Shown: positions 1 through 10,462, counted from the first letter of the stretch. The stretch is DNA of 22,965 bases from Octopus sinensis (GCF_006345805.1 NW_021823577.1:1-22965); one strand, 5' to 3'. Notes: a model not told the origin generated them from the letters alone. Made by a program: numbers and translations.

Positions 1-562
1 GCCGTTTAGAGCATAATAACGCACTAACACCCACCCCACACACACACATACCCACACACACATACAACACACATACACACACGATCATATATCAATTTTA
101 AATAATATTGTTTTAAAAATAGTAACTTAAAGTATTACTTAAGCAACCATGTAATTTCAATTTCATGAGGACAGTTCGTATCGTAACCTCGCCTCATGAA
201 TTTTAAAGAGAAAGAGAAATAAAATGCCGGGCGTTAGCTTGAAACTGTCATTTTTACCTATGTCGCTCACACGATATTTTAAAAAAAAGTACAATGACAA
301 GCGTTATCTTCATAATTTTCATATATTATTTGAATTTCAAGACATATTCAAAGGACAACTAATTCAAGAGGAAACAGGATTACCAGCTGAATTATAGGAA
401 ATATGATAGCCAGAGTACAGAAATTACGGGCTTTTCCAGTTAAAAGGTATTACGTTTATGATTTATTTGAGTTCATAACGTATCCCAACAACAATGAATC
501 AACATTAAACAACTTACACAGAACAGAAAAATCAGTTCACACACAATTTATTTCTCTGAAGA

Positions 563-597
563 TTCCCGAAGAAGAGCCCTAACCCCGAAATATTGAA
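563..597 (+). ncRNA. Degenerate minimal type I hammerhead ribozyme-like motif (Penelope-like element remnant)
   Basis: TTC-CCGAAGA-A-GAGCCCTAACCCC-GAAA-TA-TT-GAA: core has U4>C, stem II is broken, stem I is TTC/GAA. Same layout as the motifs at 6391-6426 and 6782-6818. Confidence 0.4.
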
Positions 598-913
598 ATA
601 CAGATACAACTATCCACCACTATTTCCTATAATTGCATTGTTTTGGGGTTAAAATGTTAAAACATACATGTATGTATGCGTGTGTGTACATAATATATAT
701 AATATATATATCTATATATATATGGAAGTATAAGCAAAGGAAAATTGCAAGTGTAGAAAGAACTCTTTTATTCAATTCAAATCCAAGTTGGTAAAAACCA
801 ATATATATTCTACAAATTGTTTCGGAGTCTTATTAATTCCAAAGACAAAGACGAAAAACTCTTTATGAAATGCAAATTAGATTCCTTTGAAGGATTTCGG
901 TCCTCACCTCTTA

Positions 914-949
914 TATACATACACACACACACCACACACCACACACACA

Positions 950-991
<42 letters not shown>

Positions 992-994
992 GTA
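914..994. repeat. (CA)n/(TA)n microsatellite
   Basis: Direct reading. Confidence 0.95.
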
Positions 995-1152
995 CATATT
1001 CTGTTGTGTCTGGCGAGAGACATTCTCTTTTAGTGCCTTGTAATTTAACACACTCACCAGTAAAATTTCCACTGATTTATTTATTTATTTTAGCGGTGTG
1101 TTAATTTATAAGGCACTAAAAGAGAATGACTCCCCAGACACAACAGAATATG
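995..1152. repeat. Long inverted repeat (~58-bp arms); MITE-like or inverted retroelement fragment
   Basis: Left arm 995-1053 CATATTCTGTTGTGTCTGGCGAGAGACATTCTCTTTTAGTGCCTTGTAATTTAACACAC is nearly the reverse complement of 1096-1152. A further partial copy lies at 6035-6070. Confidence 0.8.
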
Positions 1153-1340
1153 CTTTAACACACGAACTCACATCAAGAATCTTGCAAACCAAATCCAAAA
1201 ATGAATTATACATACATACATATATATGTGTGTGTGTGTGTGTGGGTGTGTGCATACATATATGTGTATATATATATATATACTTATATATAATATGTAC
1301 ATATATGTATATTATATATTATACATATATATGTATATAT

Positions 1341-1648
1341 CGCCGTGATCACCGTGACCGACCAGGCTATCAGATGTTGCTACTCATCGCTGATCACAAT
1401 GTGCTTCTCATTGTTTTAGCCTTCAAATGACGCCACCCAGCTGGCTAAGCGAGCAGGTCAACAGAAGAAAGAGCGAGAAAGTTGTGGCGAAAGAGTACAG
1501 CAGGGGTCGCCTGCCAAACTCTTCTGTCGAGCCTCGTGGGTTTAGGTGTTTTTCGCTCAATAAACACCCACAACGTCCGGTCTGGGATCGAAACTGCGAT
1601 CCTACAACCACGAGTCCGCTGCCCTACCACTGGGCCATTGCGCCTCCA
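1341..1648 (-). mobile_element. tRNA-derived SINE, near full length
   Basis: Minus-strand head GGAGGCGCAATGGCCCAGTGG with A box (1627-1637) and B box GTTTCGATCCC (1584-1594); short CACGGTGAT-type tail repeats; second partial copy at 6094-6201; flanked by (TA)n. Confidence 0.9.
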
Positions 1649-2030
<382 letters not shown>

Positions 2031-2509
2031 TATCGTGTATGCGGGGTAAGTGTGTGGTTGTATGTACGTCATTTCAGTCAACCAATGAAACCAAAGCAAG
2101 TCTGTGCATTCGTGCGCACGTGCTAGCATTCTTACTGAAATATATGCATACATGTGTCTCTGCAAGTGTATATGCATGTGACCATGCGTACGTCAGTACT
2201 TGCTTCCGACAGCCCAAGTATGCTTGTCATTTGTGCATACAACCGTTCATGCAAATCTCCTAAGTCGCCTAGTATTCATGTCTAGGCGTATGGATGGTTC
2301 TAGATTATTCATCGGTTGTTGAGTTTTTACATAGGATAGCATCTCAATTGTTTTCGTTCGTGTGCAGTTGGGTGCTGCATAATACATGCAGCATTGTCAG
2401 TCACTTGATATAGTTTTGTAGTTTTGACCATATCTTTGAAAGACACAAGAAATTAATTGCGCATTTGCGTGTGTTTGTATCTCTGGTACTACATGCAACA
2501 CTTTCATTT

Positions 2510-2546
2510 TCATACACACGCGTACGCACACACATATGTCTGTATA

Positions 2547-2593
<47 letters not shown>

Positions 2594-2789
2594 ATGCATA
2601 TATATGTGGGTGTGTGTATACATATATGTATATGTATATATTTATATAATTTATATATGTATGTGTACATCATAGATAGCTTGACTGACAGACAAGCAGA
2701 CGGACTGATAGACAGACAGATAGGCAAACAAATTGATAGAAGATAGGTAGATAGATATATAGATAAATAGATAGATAGATAGATAGATG

Positions 2790-2834
<45 letters not shown>

Positions 2835-2918
2835 GTAGATAGAGAGAGACCGACAGAGAGATGGCCGCCGGATGCATGGACGGAGATAGCTGGCTATATA
2901 TATATAATATATATATTA

Positions 2919-2958
<40 letters not shown>

Positions 2959-3048
2959 ATATATATATACATATATATATGTACATATATTACATATATA
3001 TATACATATATATACATATATATACATATATATATACATATAATATCC

Positions 3049-3104
<56 letters not shown>

Positions 3105-3190
3105 TTTATATAATATATAGTATAGATAGATAGATAGATATAGATAGATAGATAGATATATAGATAATATATAGATAGATAGATAGATAA
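2510..3190. repeat. Compound microsatellite (TG)n, (GATA)n, (TA)n
   Basis: GATA arrays at about 2740-2840 and 3120-3190, with TA/TG tracts around them. Confidence 0.95.
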
Positions 3191-3529
3191 GTAGATAAGA
3201 TGAATAAAGTTTTCATCATCAATTAGTTGTCTTGTGCACGGAGAAGGCTGAATTTCCGGCACTTTGAACTCCAGTCTGAAATAATTTACTACGGACTTAT
3301 CTATTTGAGGCTGAAGTTGTTCGATATTCGATCATTTGAACTTATTGAACTCACAGAATTTTTGTATATGTGGATGAGGATACTCCAGGTATATATGACC
3401 TTGGTTTATCGCATGACTCAGTAAGAGAACATTAGGTCCTTACCTTACAGGTAATGTATAATTAATATATGTGTGTACGTACGTAGTATATAAGTATGCA
3501 TTTATGTATATATGTATATATACTATAGC

Positions 3530-3877
3530 CTTTAATTTTTCTTTGCGTTTCAGCCCAATGTCTGCGACCATGCTGGAGCACTTTCACCATCATCACCTTT
3601 TCAATGGCAGTTACTATGTGGTTGGCTTTTAGTGAATCAGAGTTTCATATTGGCGCCCTCGTTTGAGTTGCCATACGTGATGTGGGCTCATCAAGGATCT
3701 TGAACAGCAGAAGGTCAAGTTGCTTATTGAAAACATGTACAGCCATTCCATGTAGATCACTTGCGTCCTTTGGCAGCATGCCAAATAGATGAGGGTTTTT
3801 GAATTCCACGTTATTGCAGTACCTGGTCTTCACTCTAGATGCGATGGGTGTAATCTTTGGAACAAGACAATTGCGTC
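3530..3877 (-). mobile_element. 5'-truncated CR1/L2-type LINE 3' end (ORF2 C-terminus + 3' UTR)
   Basis: Minus strand reads GRNCLVPKITPIASRVKTRYCNNVEFKNPHLFGMLPKDASDLHGMAVHVFNKQLDLLLFKILDEPTSR, resembling the 'P.LFN.LP...FK..LD..L..PDEP' LINE ORF2 tail. It is followed by GTGCTCCAGCATGGTCGCAG...CTGAAAC and an A-rich end. Confidence 0.75.
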
Positions 3878-3904
3878 CCTAGCCACTAGGCCACGTGCCT
3901 CCAC
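3877..3904 (-). mobile_element. Isolated 5' head (A box only) of a tRNA-derived SINE
   Basis: Minus strand GTGGAGGCACGTGGCCTAGTGGCTAGGG, closely similar to the head of the SINE at 1621-1648; A box at 3883-3893. Confidence 0.7.
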
Positions 3905-4020
3905 ATACATACGTGCGTACATAAATAAATAAATACATACATACATACATACATACATACATACATGCATACATACATACATACATACATACATACATAC
4001 ATACACATACATACATACAT
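3905..4020. repeat. (TACA)n microsatellite with short (TAAA)n
   Basis: Direct reading. Confidence 0.95.
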
Positions 4021-4029
4021 ATCTCAAAA

Positions 4030-6035
4030 TGATCTACAGTCATTTTCGTAATACAATTTGAAACTAAAAGAGGAATTTCAACCTGAATGCATCATGGTTG
4101 AATACAATTGAGAAAGATTACTGTACCTACACTAATAGTAAAACATACAAAATTGATGCAGAAACCTTCGCTATAGCAGCAAGCAAACTGCAGAATGGAA
4201 AGACACATGGAAGGGGTCTAATAGTTGGATATTGGTACAAGAAGCTGACAATTTATAGAAAAGAATTGATATGTATGCAGGAAACTACAGGCCCATTGCT
4301 TGGCTAAACATTATGTACAAGCTGTACAAAAGTTGCCTTAACCAGTTCTTCCAGTCGAGCAACATTGTGACTGATGAAGAGGCTGGTGGAAAGAAGGGAG
4401 TGTGGGGATGTGCCGAACAAATTTTAATAAACAAAGTTGTACAGTCTGAAGAAAGAAAACAAGGCAGAAACTTTGCGACAGTATGGCTTGACTATAAGAA
4501 GGTATTCGACTCTATCCCTCATTTATGGCTGTTGAAGTGCCTATATATGGCAAAGGTACCTACTAACATAATTGTTGCTATAGAGAAACCCACTAAGATA
4601 TGAACAACTATTCTTACCCTTACAACTGAGAACAGAATGATTTTTCTAATACTAAAGGCATTTCAAAGGGAATATTCCAGGGAGATAGTCTTTATGTACT
4701 TCTTTTCATTTTGGCACTGAATCCATTATCATTCCTTCCGCAGAAAACAAATGGTTACATACTTGGATCTTCGACTGCTAACAAGACCAACGAAACTCAT
4801 AATTTCTTTGTAGACGACCTGAAGATTAATGCCATAAAACAAATGGAATTAAAAACATTTTCAGCTGATCTTGGCATGGAATTTGGCCAAAAGAAATGTT
4901 CATATTTGGTTATAGAACGAGGTAAGTCAGTCCTCCAGACGCAAAACCTATGCATCAACGGTCTCTCTATCTCCTCCATTCTACACAAAGAATGTTACAA
5001 GTACCTTGGAATAGACGAAAACGTATCATATGAAGGCACTGTGAATAAAGATAGAGTGACCCGAGAATATTACACCACACTTAGAAAAACATGGCAGACG
5101 GAACTCTCCTCTTACAACAAAACAATATCCCACAATGCATTTGCAGTATCAGTGCTGATCCCAACATTTGATTGGGCTGTAGAGGAAATCTACTCTTTAG
5201 GTATCAAAACCCACAAAATTTTGACAACAACTGGGAAAACAGTGATGTTGAAATGTTCTACCTAAGAAGAAATGAAAGTGGTAGGAGCCTTCGAATGCCA
5301 TATGGTATCATTCAAGCAGCATCTACTAAACAACAGCAGCAAAAATAAATATATTAATGCAGTCCTGAAAAGTGAAATGAGCAACATTGTTCGAGTTGGC
5401 AGTGAGCTCCTCAAGAAGCACTCTCTTCCTGATGGTCTCTTTCTTATACAGCCTCAAAACAGTTGGGCTCTCTTCTTACCCTAGAGAAGACCTGGATAGA
5501 AAGTACTCAGCATACAAAAACCAAAAAAAAAAAGACTATGCATGGGTATGTCGCCCGGGAGCTAGAAAAAGACGGTTGAACTGAGATGAAGCGCAGCCTC
5601 TCTTACCTAAATAAATATATTTAATACTGAATCTACATTTCTTGGTCTTATGATGTAGTTGTCTCATAAGACCACTACATCACATCACACCTTGAAGGCT
5701 ATGCGTTTGCAATCCAGGAAGAGGAGATTGCCACAAAGTACCTGATGAACAAGAGAGACAATGACACTCTTGTAATCCTAAGGTGCAACCGCATGTGCAG
5801 GATATGTCATGTTTCTGTGGAAGACATTACGCATGTGATTAGCAGCTGTCCTAAAATATCGTCACGGTACTACCTCCCTATGCAGCACGATGTTGTTGCT
5901 AAAACAATTTACAATGCCATCTACAAAAAATACTGTCCTGAAATAAATCCCTCTGTTATGGAATACATTCATACACACCAACTCAAGGAATGCTGGTGGA
6001 ATATTCCTATCAAACCTTCTGTCAAGTGTAATTAA
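4030..6035 (+). mobile_element. Decayed non-LTR retrotransposon of the restriction-like-endonuclease group (R4/Dong-like); pseudogenised RT ORF
   Basis: Consecutive broken ORFs give NYRPIAWLN, WLDYKKVFDSIPHLWL, GIFQGDSL (from 4669), FVDDLK (from 4807), YKYLG, EGYAFAIQEEEI, a CCHC knuckle CRICHVSVEDITHVISSC (5796-5849) and QHDVVAK. There are multiple stops and frameshifts, and it ends before the PD-(D/E)xK nuclease motif. Confidence 0.92.
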
Positions 6036-6070
6036 TAAGCCGCTAAAAGAGAATGATTCTCCCCAGACAC
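6035..6070 (+). repeat. Partial copy of the repeat forming the 995-1152 inverted arms
   Basis: ATAAGCCGCTAAAAGAGAATGATTCTCCCCAGACAC vs ATAAGGCACTAAAAGAGAATGACTCCCCAGACAC (1108-1141). Confidence 0.8.
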
Positions 6071-6093
6071 GATAATATATATATATATATATA

Positions 6094-6201
6094 TTGGCCT
6101 GCTCACTTAGCCAGTAGGGTGGCGTTATTTGAAGGCTAAAACAATGCGAAGCGCATTGTGTAGCAACATTTGATAGCCTGGTCGGTCACGGTGACGGTGA
6201 T
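6094..6201 (+). mobile_element. 3' fragment of the same SINE family as 1341-1648
   Basis: Reverse complement of about 1341-1460 with a short internal deletion (TTGAAGGCTAAAACAATG...GATAGCCTGGTCGGTCACGGTGA). Confidence 0.9.
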
Positions 6202-6209
6202 ATATATAC

Positions 6210-6244
<35 letters not shown>

Positions 6245-6292
6245 TGTATGTATGTATGTATGTATGTATGTATGTATGTATGTATGTATGTG
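6202..6292. repeat. (TATG)n microsatellite
   Basis: Direct reading. Confidence 0.95.
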
Positions 6293-6390
6293 TAGTTGGA
6301 ATTTACAAAAAAATAAACAAAACAAAAGACGAAGACGGGTGTGTAAACAACAAACAGATGTACTAGTTTAACGCTCGGGAAGTGATAAAG

Positions 6391-6426
6391 TCTTTTACGT
6401 TTCGAGCCTACGCTCTTCAAAAGAAC
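6391..6426 (-). ncRNA. Minimal hammerhead-like motif with mutated core, within a Penelope-like/retrozyme-like module (~6293-6505)
   Basis: Minus strand CTTTTGA-A-GAGC-GTAG-GCTC-GAAA-CG-TA: perfect 4-bp stem II, palindromic ACGT stem III and GUA triplet, but the CUGANGA core carries two substitutions. Confidence 0.55.
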
Positions 6427-6781
6427 GGAACACAGAAATAAACAGAAAGGCAAAATAAAAAAAAAACAGATTTAGTGGCTAGCGATCAATCATGGCGAAT
6501 GCTGCACACACATACATGCGTACAAACATAGGCTCAAATATACATATGTAAACACCCATCTGTGAATATAATAAAGCCTTTGCTTCCTTTCTGTATAATG
6601 TCCTCTTATATGTATCCGTACTGATATTTGCATATTTCAGTGTATTGACTATTATTTAAATACATATATTTAGTACTGAATCATATTATAGAGAACAATA
6701 AAACTATAAAAGAAGTATATACATAAAACAAGGACATGATACATGCAGAGTATTAACAGACGCTGAGGGGAGGAAAAAAGG

Positions 6782-6818
6782 TAGTTAACGTTTCGAGCAA
6801 AGTACTTCTTCAGAAATA
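6782..6818 (-). ncRNA. Minimal type I hammerhead ribozyme motif within a related module (~6720-6895)
   Basis: Minus strand TATTT-CTGAAGA-AGTA-CTT-TGCT-C-GAAA-CG-TT-AACTA: intact core (6807-6813; 6791-6794), ACGT stem III, GUU triplet, 4/5-bp stem I. Confidence 0.65.
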
Positions 6819-6943
6819 GGACACAGAGGAATGTCCAAGAGAAAAATAAGATGGATGAAAAAAATCGCTAACAATTCACATGTGGTTACATTTTGAAATA
6901 TCAGCGTATGTGTGTGTATATGTATATATGTATATGTGTATAT

Positions 6944-6976
<33 letters not shown>

Positions 6977-7214
6977 CAAAGCATGCATATATACGCACCT
7001 ATATATCAAAGGGTGCCAAAGAAGCAGAGAAAGACAGACAAATAGTTAGAAAGAAAAATAATCAAATCGATATGTTGTCGTCTAAGGATCAGCAGATAAA
7101 TATACTCAAGACAAAATCAAAACTGAACAGAATCATGCTTGAAAATGCCATTTCCAAAGAAGGAACATAAATCCAGATTAGTTGAAAGAACGAATAAGCC
7201 ATATTGTGTCTGTG

Positions 7215-7326
7215 ACACATACACAATATATACATATTATATATAATATAGATATGTATATATATCTATATGCTTATATATGTGTATGTATATATATTAT
7301 ATATGTATCTACACACATATATATAT

Positions 7327-7414
<88 letters not shown>

Positions 7415-7521
7415 ATGTGCGTGTGGGAATGTATATATTATAATATATATACAATACATACAGATATATAAAATATACATATATACATATATAGATACAT
7501 ATGTATATATATATATATATA

Positions 7522-7565
<44 letters not shown>

Positions 7566-7605
7566 TATGTAGTATATGTATATCCATATGCATATGTACA
7601 TATAT
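7215..7605. repeat. (TA)n/(TG)n compound microsatellite
   Basis: Direct reading. Confidence 0.95.
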
Positions 7606-7864
7606 TTGAGTTAGGTGACAGCGGGAGTAGTATATAAAAGCGAATGTCAATACCAATAATCAATATGAAATAATGAAAAAATATATAACACAAATAAATT
7701 AAGGTTTTTGTTGACAGAATTGTCAATGGTATTCGTAAAATCGGTTCGATGTTTTCGAAGAAATAGAACTATTGATGTCTTAATCTTCAGATCTCCAAAA
7801 ATATTTAGATTAATTCTAAATTATACAGAATTAGAATGCGACCAATATTGGGCGATATTGAAGA

Positions 7865-8115
7865 CTCGGCTTATTGGTTAGTATATCTAACTTTCGATCT
7901 TGATTGTAGCATCATACGTTTTCGATTCCCGAAAGAGAGGGACCTTGTGATCTTGTCCCAAACAGTTCATTTCACGTTGCTCTACTGCCCTCAGCTGTAA
8001 AATGGGTTACTTTGTGATTTACTGGTGTCCTGTTTTTGTAGGACGTTGATTAATCTCGGCCACGAATACGCCATAGTAACTGGCGACTGATCCTGAGAGT
8101 CCCACGGCTCGAAAC
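7865..8115 (+). mobile_element. Old, degenerate tRNA-derived SINE with CORE-like central domain
   Basis: A-box-like CGGCTTATTGG (7867-7877), B-box-like TTTTCGATTCC (7919-7929), then TTCATTTCACGTTGCTCTACTGCCCTCAGCTGTAAAATGGGT resembling the CORE-SINE domain. Confidence 0.55.
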
Positions 8116-8130
8116 TTTAATGGCCATGCA

Positions 8131-8254
8131 TTGATGATGATGATGATGATCATCATGATGATCATCATGATGGTGATGATAATCATCATGGTGATGATCA
8201 CCATCGTGGTGATCACGCTGATGATGATGAAGATCTTCATCATGGTTATCACGC

Positions 8255-8307
<53 letters not shown>

Positions 8308-8468
8308 GTGATGATAATGATGATCATGATGATGATGATGATCATGATCATGATCATCATGATCATGATGATCGTGATCATGAAGATGATCATGATGGTG
8401 ATGATGATGATGATCATGATGACCTCGATGACGATGACGACGACAACGGTGGTGATGATGATCATGAT
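8131..8468. repeat. Imperfect (ATG)n trinucleotide repeat with ATC interruptions
   Basis: Direct reading; source of the poly-Met and poly-Ile ORFs. Confidence 0.95.
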
Positions 8469-9642
8469 GAGGGGGAGTGGGAGGAATATTAGATAAGATT
8501 GTAGTTGTAATGTATCACAGTTGGGAGTTATTAAAAGGGTATCCGTCGCAGGATATCAGACAGTATTACAGTATTGACTGTTTTAGATGACGCGTTTAAA
8601 CAACAAGGAGTAACAGCAATGAAATGACAAAGAACTCAAAATTGGCCCCTTCTGTTTCCAGTAAAGATAGTAAGTAAAGTCAACGCAGGAACGTAAATAA
8701 AGAACAGTTGTTACCGAACCTCTACAAGGTGGTAAGATATCTAAGTTTCATGTAAAGCTGAAGGATGTGTTCTTGTTTGCTAGCCATATTGCAATAACCG
8801 AACAAGGCCTTGTTTCTACGACAGGATCTCATACGACAAGAATCTGAGATGAATGTTAGGTTCTCTGTCCTGTGCAAAGGCAATATTGAGTAAACACTTG
8901 AAAAGAAGAACGTGAAATATTAGGATCTTAGGGAAAGATATGCGATGTAAGACGGACACTATAATGGTGTTTCCAACAGAAGTGAGACGTCATAGATTTA
9001 TAATTCAATCCACTGTCCTACCTCGTACCCCTTATCTTTACCAAGGACAGCAGAACAGTGATTAAGCAGGAAATGTGTCACCAAGGATTTGCTCAGGTAA
9101 GTGACATAAAAGAAAAAGAAAATGCAAAGCAAATCTATTTTATTTAGAAATTTTTCATTTGAAGATAAAGAGGAAAGTCTTAGAGAAATGTTCTTTACTA
9201 CATATTTTGATAAAAATTTGGGGATAGCTGGAAACAGAATTAAAGAAACATTTATAAGCGTATAGTCTCCAAACTCTACCTCCATAAAATACAAAGGTTA
9301 CAATTTCATATTAACCAAACTGTTTATAGAGCAACAAACCCCTAAAGAGAAACATGCAGACCAACAAACTTTATACCAACCCACATTCTTTTCTGAATAT
9401 CAAATCAAAAGATAAACAAATAACTAAAAACCCCATGACATCCCCGACTAATAACCCACACCTTCCAAATGGAAATAAATAACAAGTACAGAAACTGACC
9501 AGTCAAACCAAACTGCCTACCATATTCTTTTGTAAACTCTTAAAGAAACTTGACACACCCAATTATTATCACGTCTGGCAAATGAATTTATCAGCTGTAC
9601 AGGCAGATTAATAAAATATATACATACAATACAAGATATCTA

Positions 9643-9682
<40 letters not shown>

Positions 9683-9686
<4 letters not shown>

Positions 9687-10050
9687 ATTTAGAAATGCAA
9701 TAGTTCTAATTTTGTAGATCAGTGAATTTATTTCACTTGAAATTATATAAATTTTCTCATCGATTTACCACCAACTGCTAGCAGGGTCAAGCTACTCGAA
9801 ACTGATGAAGGGAAATGACCCTGAAACTAGTCTCTGCTTGCTGGCTTTGTTGGGTGGAGGTGCTTATCTACCCTGTTTGAAAGCATAAGGACACAGAACG
9901 CTTGTGCCACGTAGCCAACTAGAAACGGTGTTTCTTGGGGCTAAATAGCAGTAGCATTCTTTCCTTTCCTGGGACTGCCACGTTAAGTTGGCAACAAACC
10001 ATCACTGCATAACTCTCTCTGAGAGATTTAGAAATGCAATATTTATAATT
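9683..10050 (+). mobile_element. Retrozyme-like / Penelope pLTR-like unit: 339-nt period, terminal direct repeat, internal hammerhead
   Basis: AGAGATTTAGAAATGCAATAGTTCTAATT (9683-9711) recurs at 10022-10050 (27/29 identical); hammerhead core at 9802-9832; (TA)n on both sides. Confidence 0.65.
9799..9835 (+). ncRNA. Minimal type I hammerhead ribozyme motif
   Basis: CTGATGA(9802-9808)-AGGG-AAATGA-CCCT-GAAA(9823-9826)-C-TA-GTC: perfect core, 4-bp stem II, palindromic ACTAGT stem III, GUC triplet at 9830-9832; stem I weak (AAA/TCT). Confidence 0.75.
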
Positions 10051-10267
10051 ATATATATATTGCAAATAAGAAAATGGAGGAAAACAATAGGTGGTTCATC
10101 AACTTTTGGACATTAAAATGTTAACTTATTTATTTATTAAAATGACAATTATAACATACATACGTATAGCATATTATTCTTTACATATAAGATATAAGAT
10201 ATAAAATATAATAATATATAAGGATACTAGTAATTATTATAAAAAACATGAATATAAATTGTTAAAC

Positions 10268-10394
10268 TAACTTACAGCTGTTTCAGCCAATAGATAAAAA
10301 TACCTCTTTCTACCTATATTATTCAAGTGGATTGAGGTAATAGGTAGATGAAGATGAGGTACTTGTATATATCTCTAGTCTTCGTCAGAGATTA
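10268..10394 (-). ncRNA. Type I hammerhead ribozyme motif with very long stem II (module ~10061-10414)
   Basis: Minus strand CTGACGA (10382-10388), ~97-nt imperfect hairpin (10285-10381; TACCTC/GAGGTA, TCTACCTA/TAGGTAGA, TCAA/TTGA), GAAA (10281-10284), palindromic ACAGCTGT stem III, GUA triplet, stem I UAA(U)CU/AGUUA; downstream AATAAA at 10129-10134. Confidence 0.75.
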
Positions 10395-10410
10395 TAAAGT
10401 ACAAATGTTA

Positions 10411-10462
<52 letters not shown>

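Noticed and set aside
805-912. Half hammerhead on the minus strand (CGAAACAATTTGTA) with nearby AATAAA
   Set aside because: No CUGANGA partner before the microsatellite; possibly a truncated module but not supportable.
1580-1648. Possible tRNA gene on the minus strand
   Set aside because: A and B boxes are present, but it continues into a multicopy body and tail; it is a SINE head.
3349-3435. Cadherin-like peptide IFVYVDEDTPG with CAG|GTATAT donor
   Set aside because: In-frame stop just upstream, weak acceptor, only ~32 nt as an exon; may be chance.
4371-4395. CTGATGA...GAAA (also CTGATGA at 5742)
   Set aside because: Inside retrotransposon coding sequence, with no stems or cleavage triplet.
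7748-7795. Minus-strand CTGAAGA...GAAA pair
   Set aside because: Stems I and III do not pair and stem II is offset.
8019-8496. Poly-Met (+) and poly-Ile (-) ORFs; similar ones at 13.3-15.2 kb
   Set aside because: Trinucleotide microsatellite artefacts.
9046-9096. 51-nt exon candidate ending CAG|GTAAGT (DSRTVIKQEMCHQGFAQ)
   Set aside because: Consensus donor but mediocre acceptor; its open phase-0 frame is incompatible with the 11755 exon; the surroundings look like decayed element sequence.
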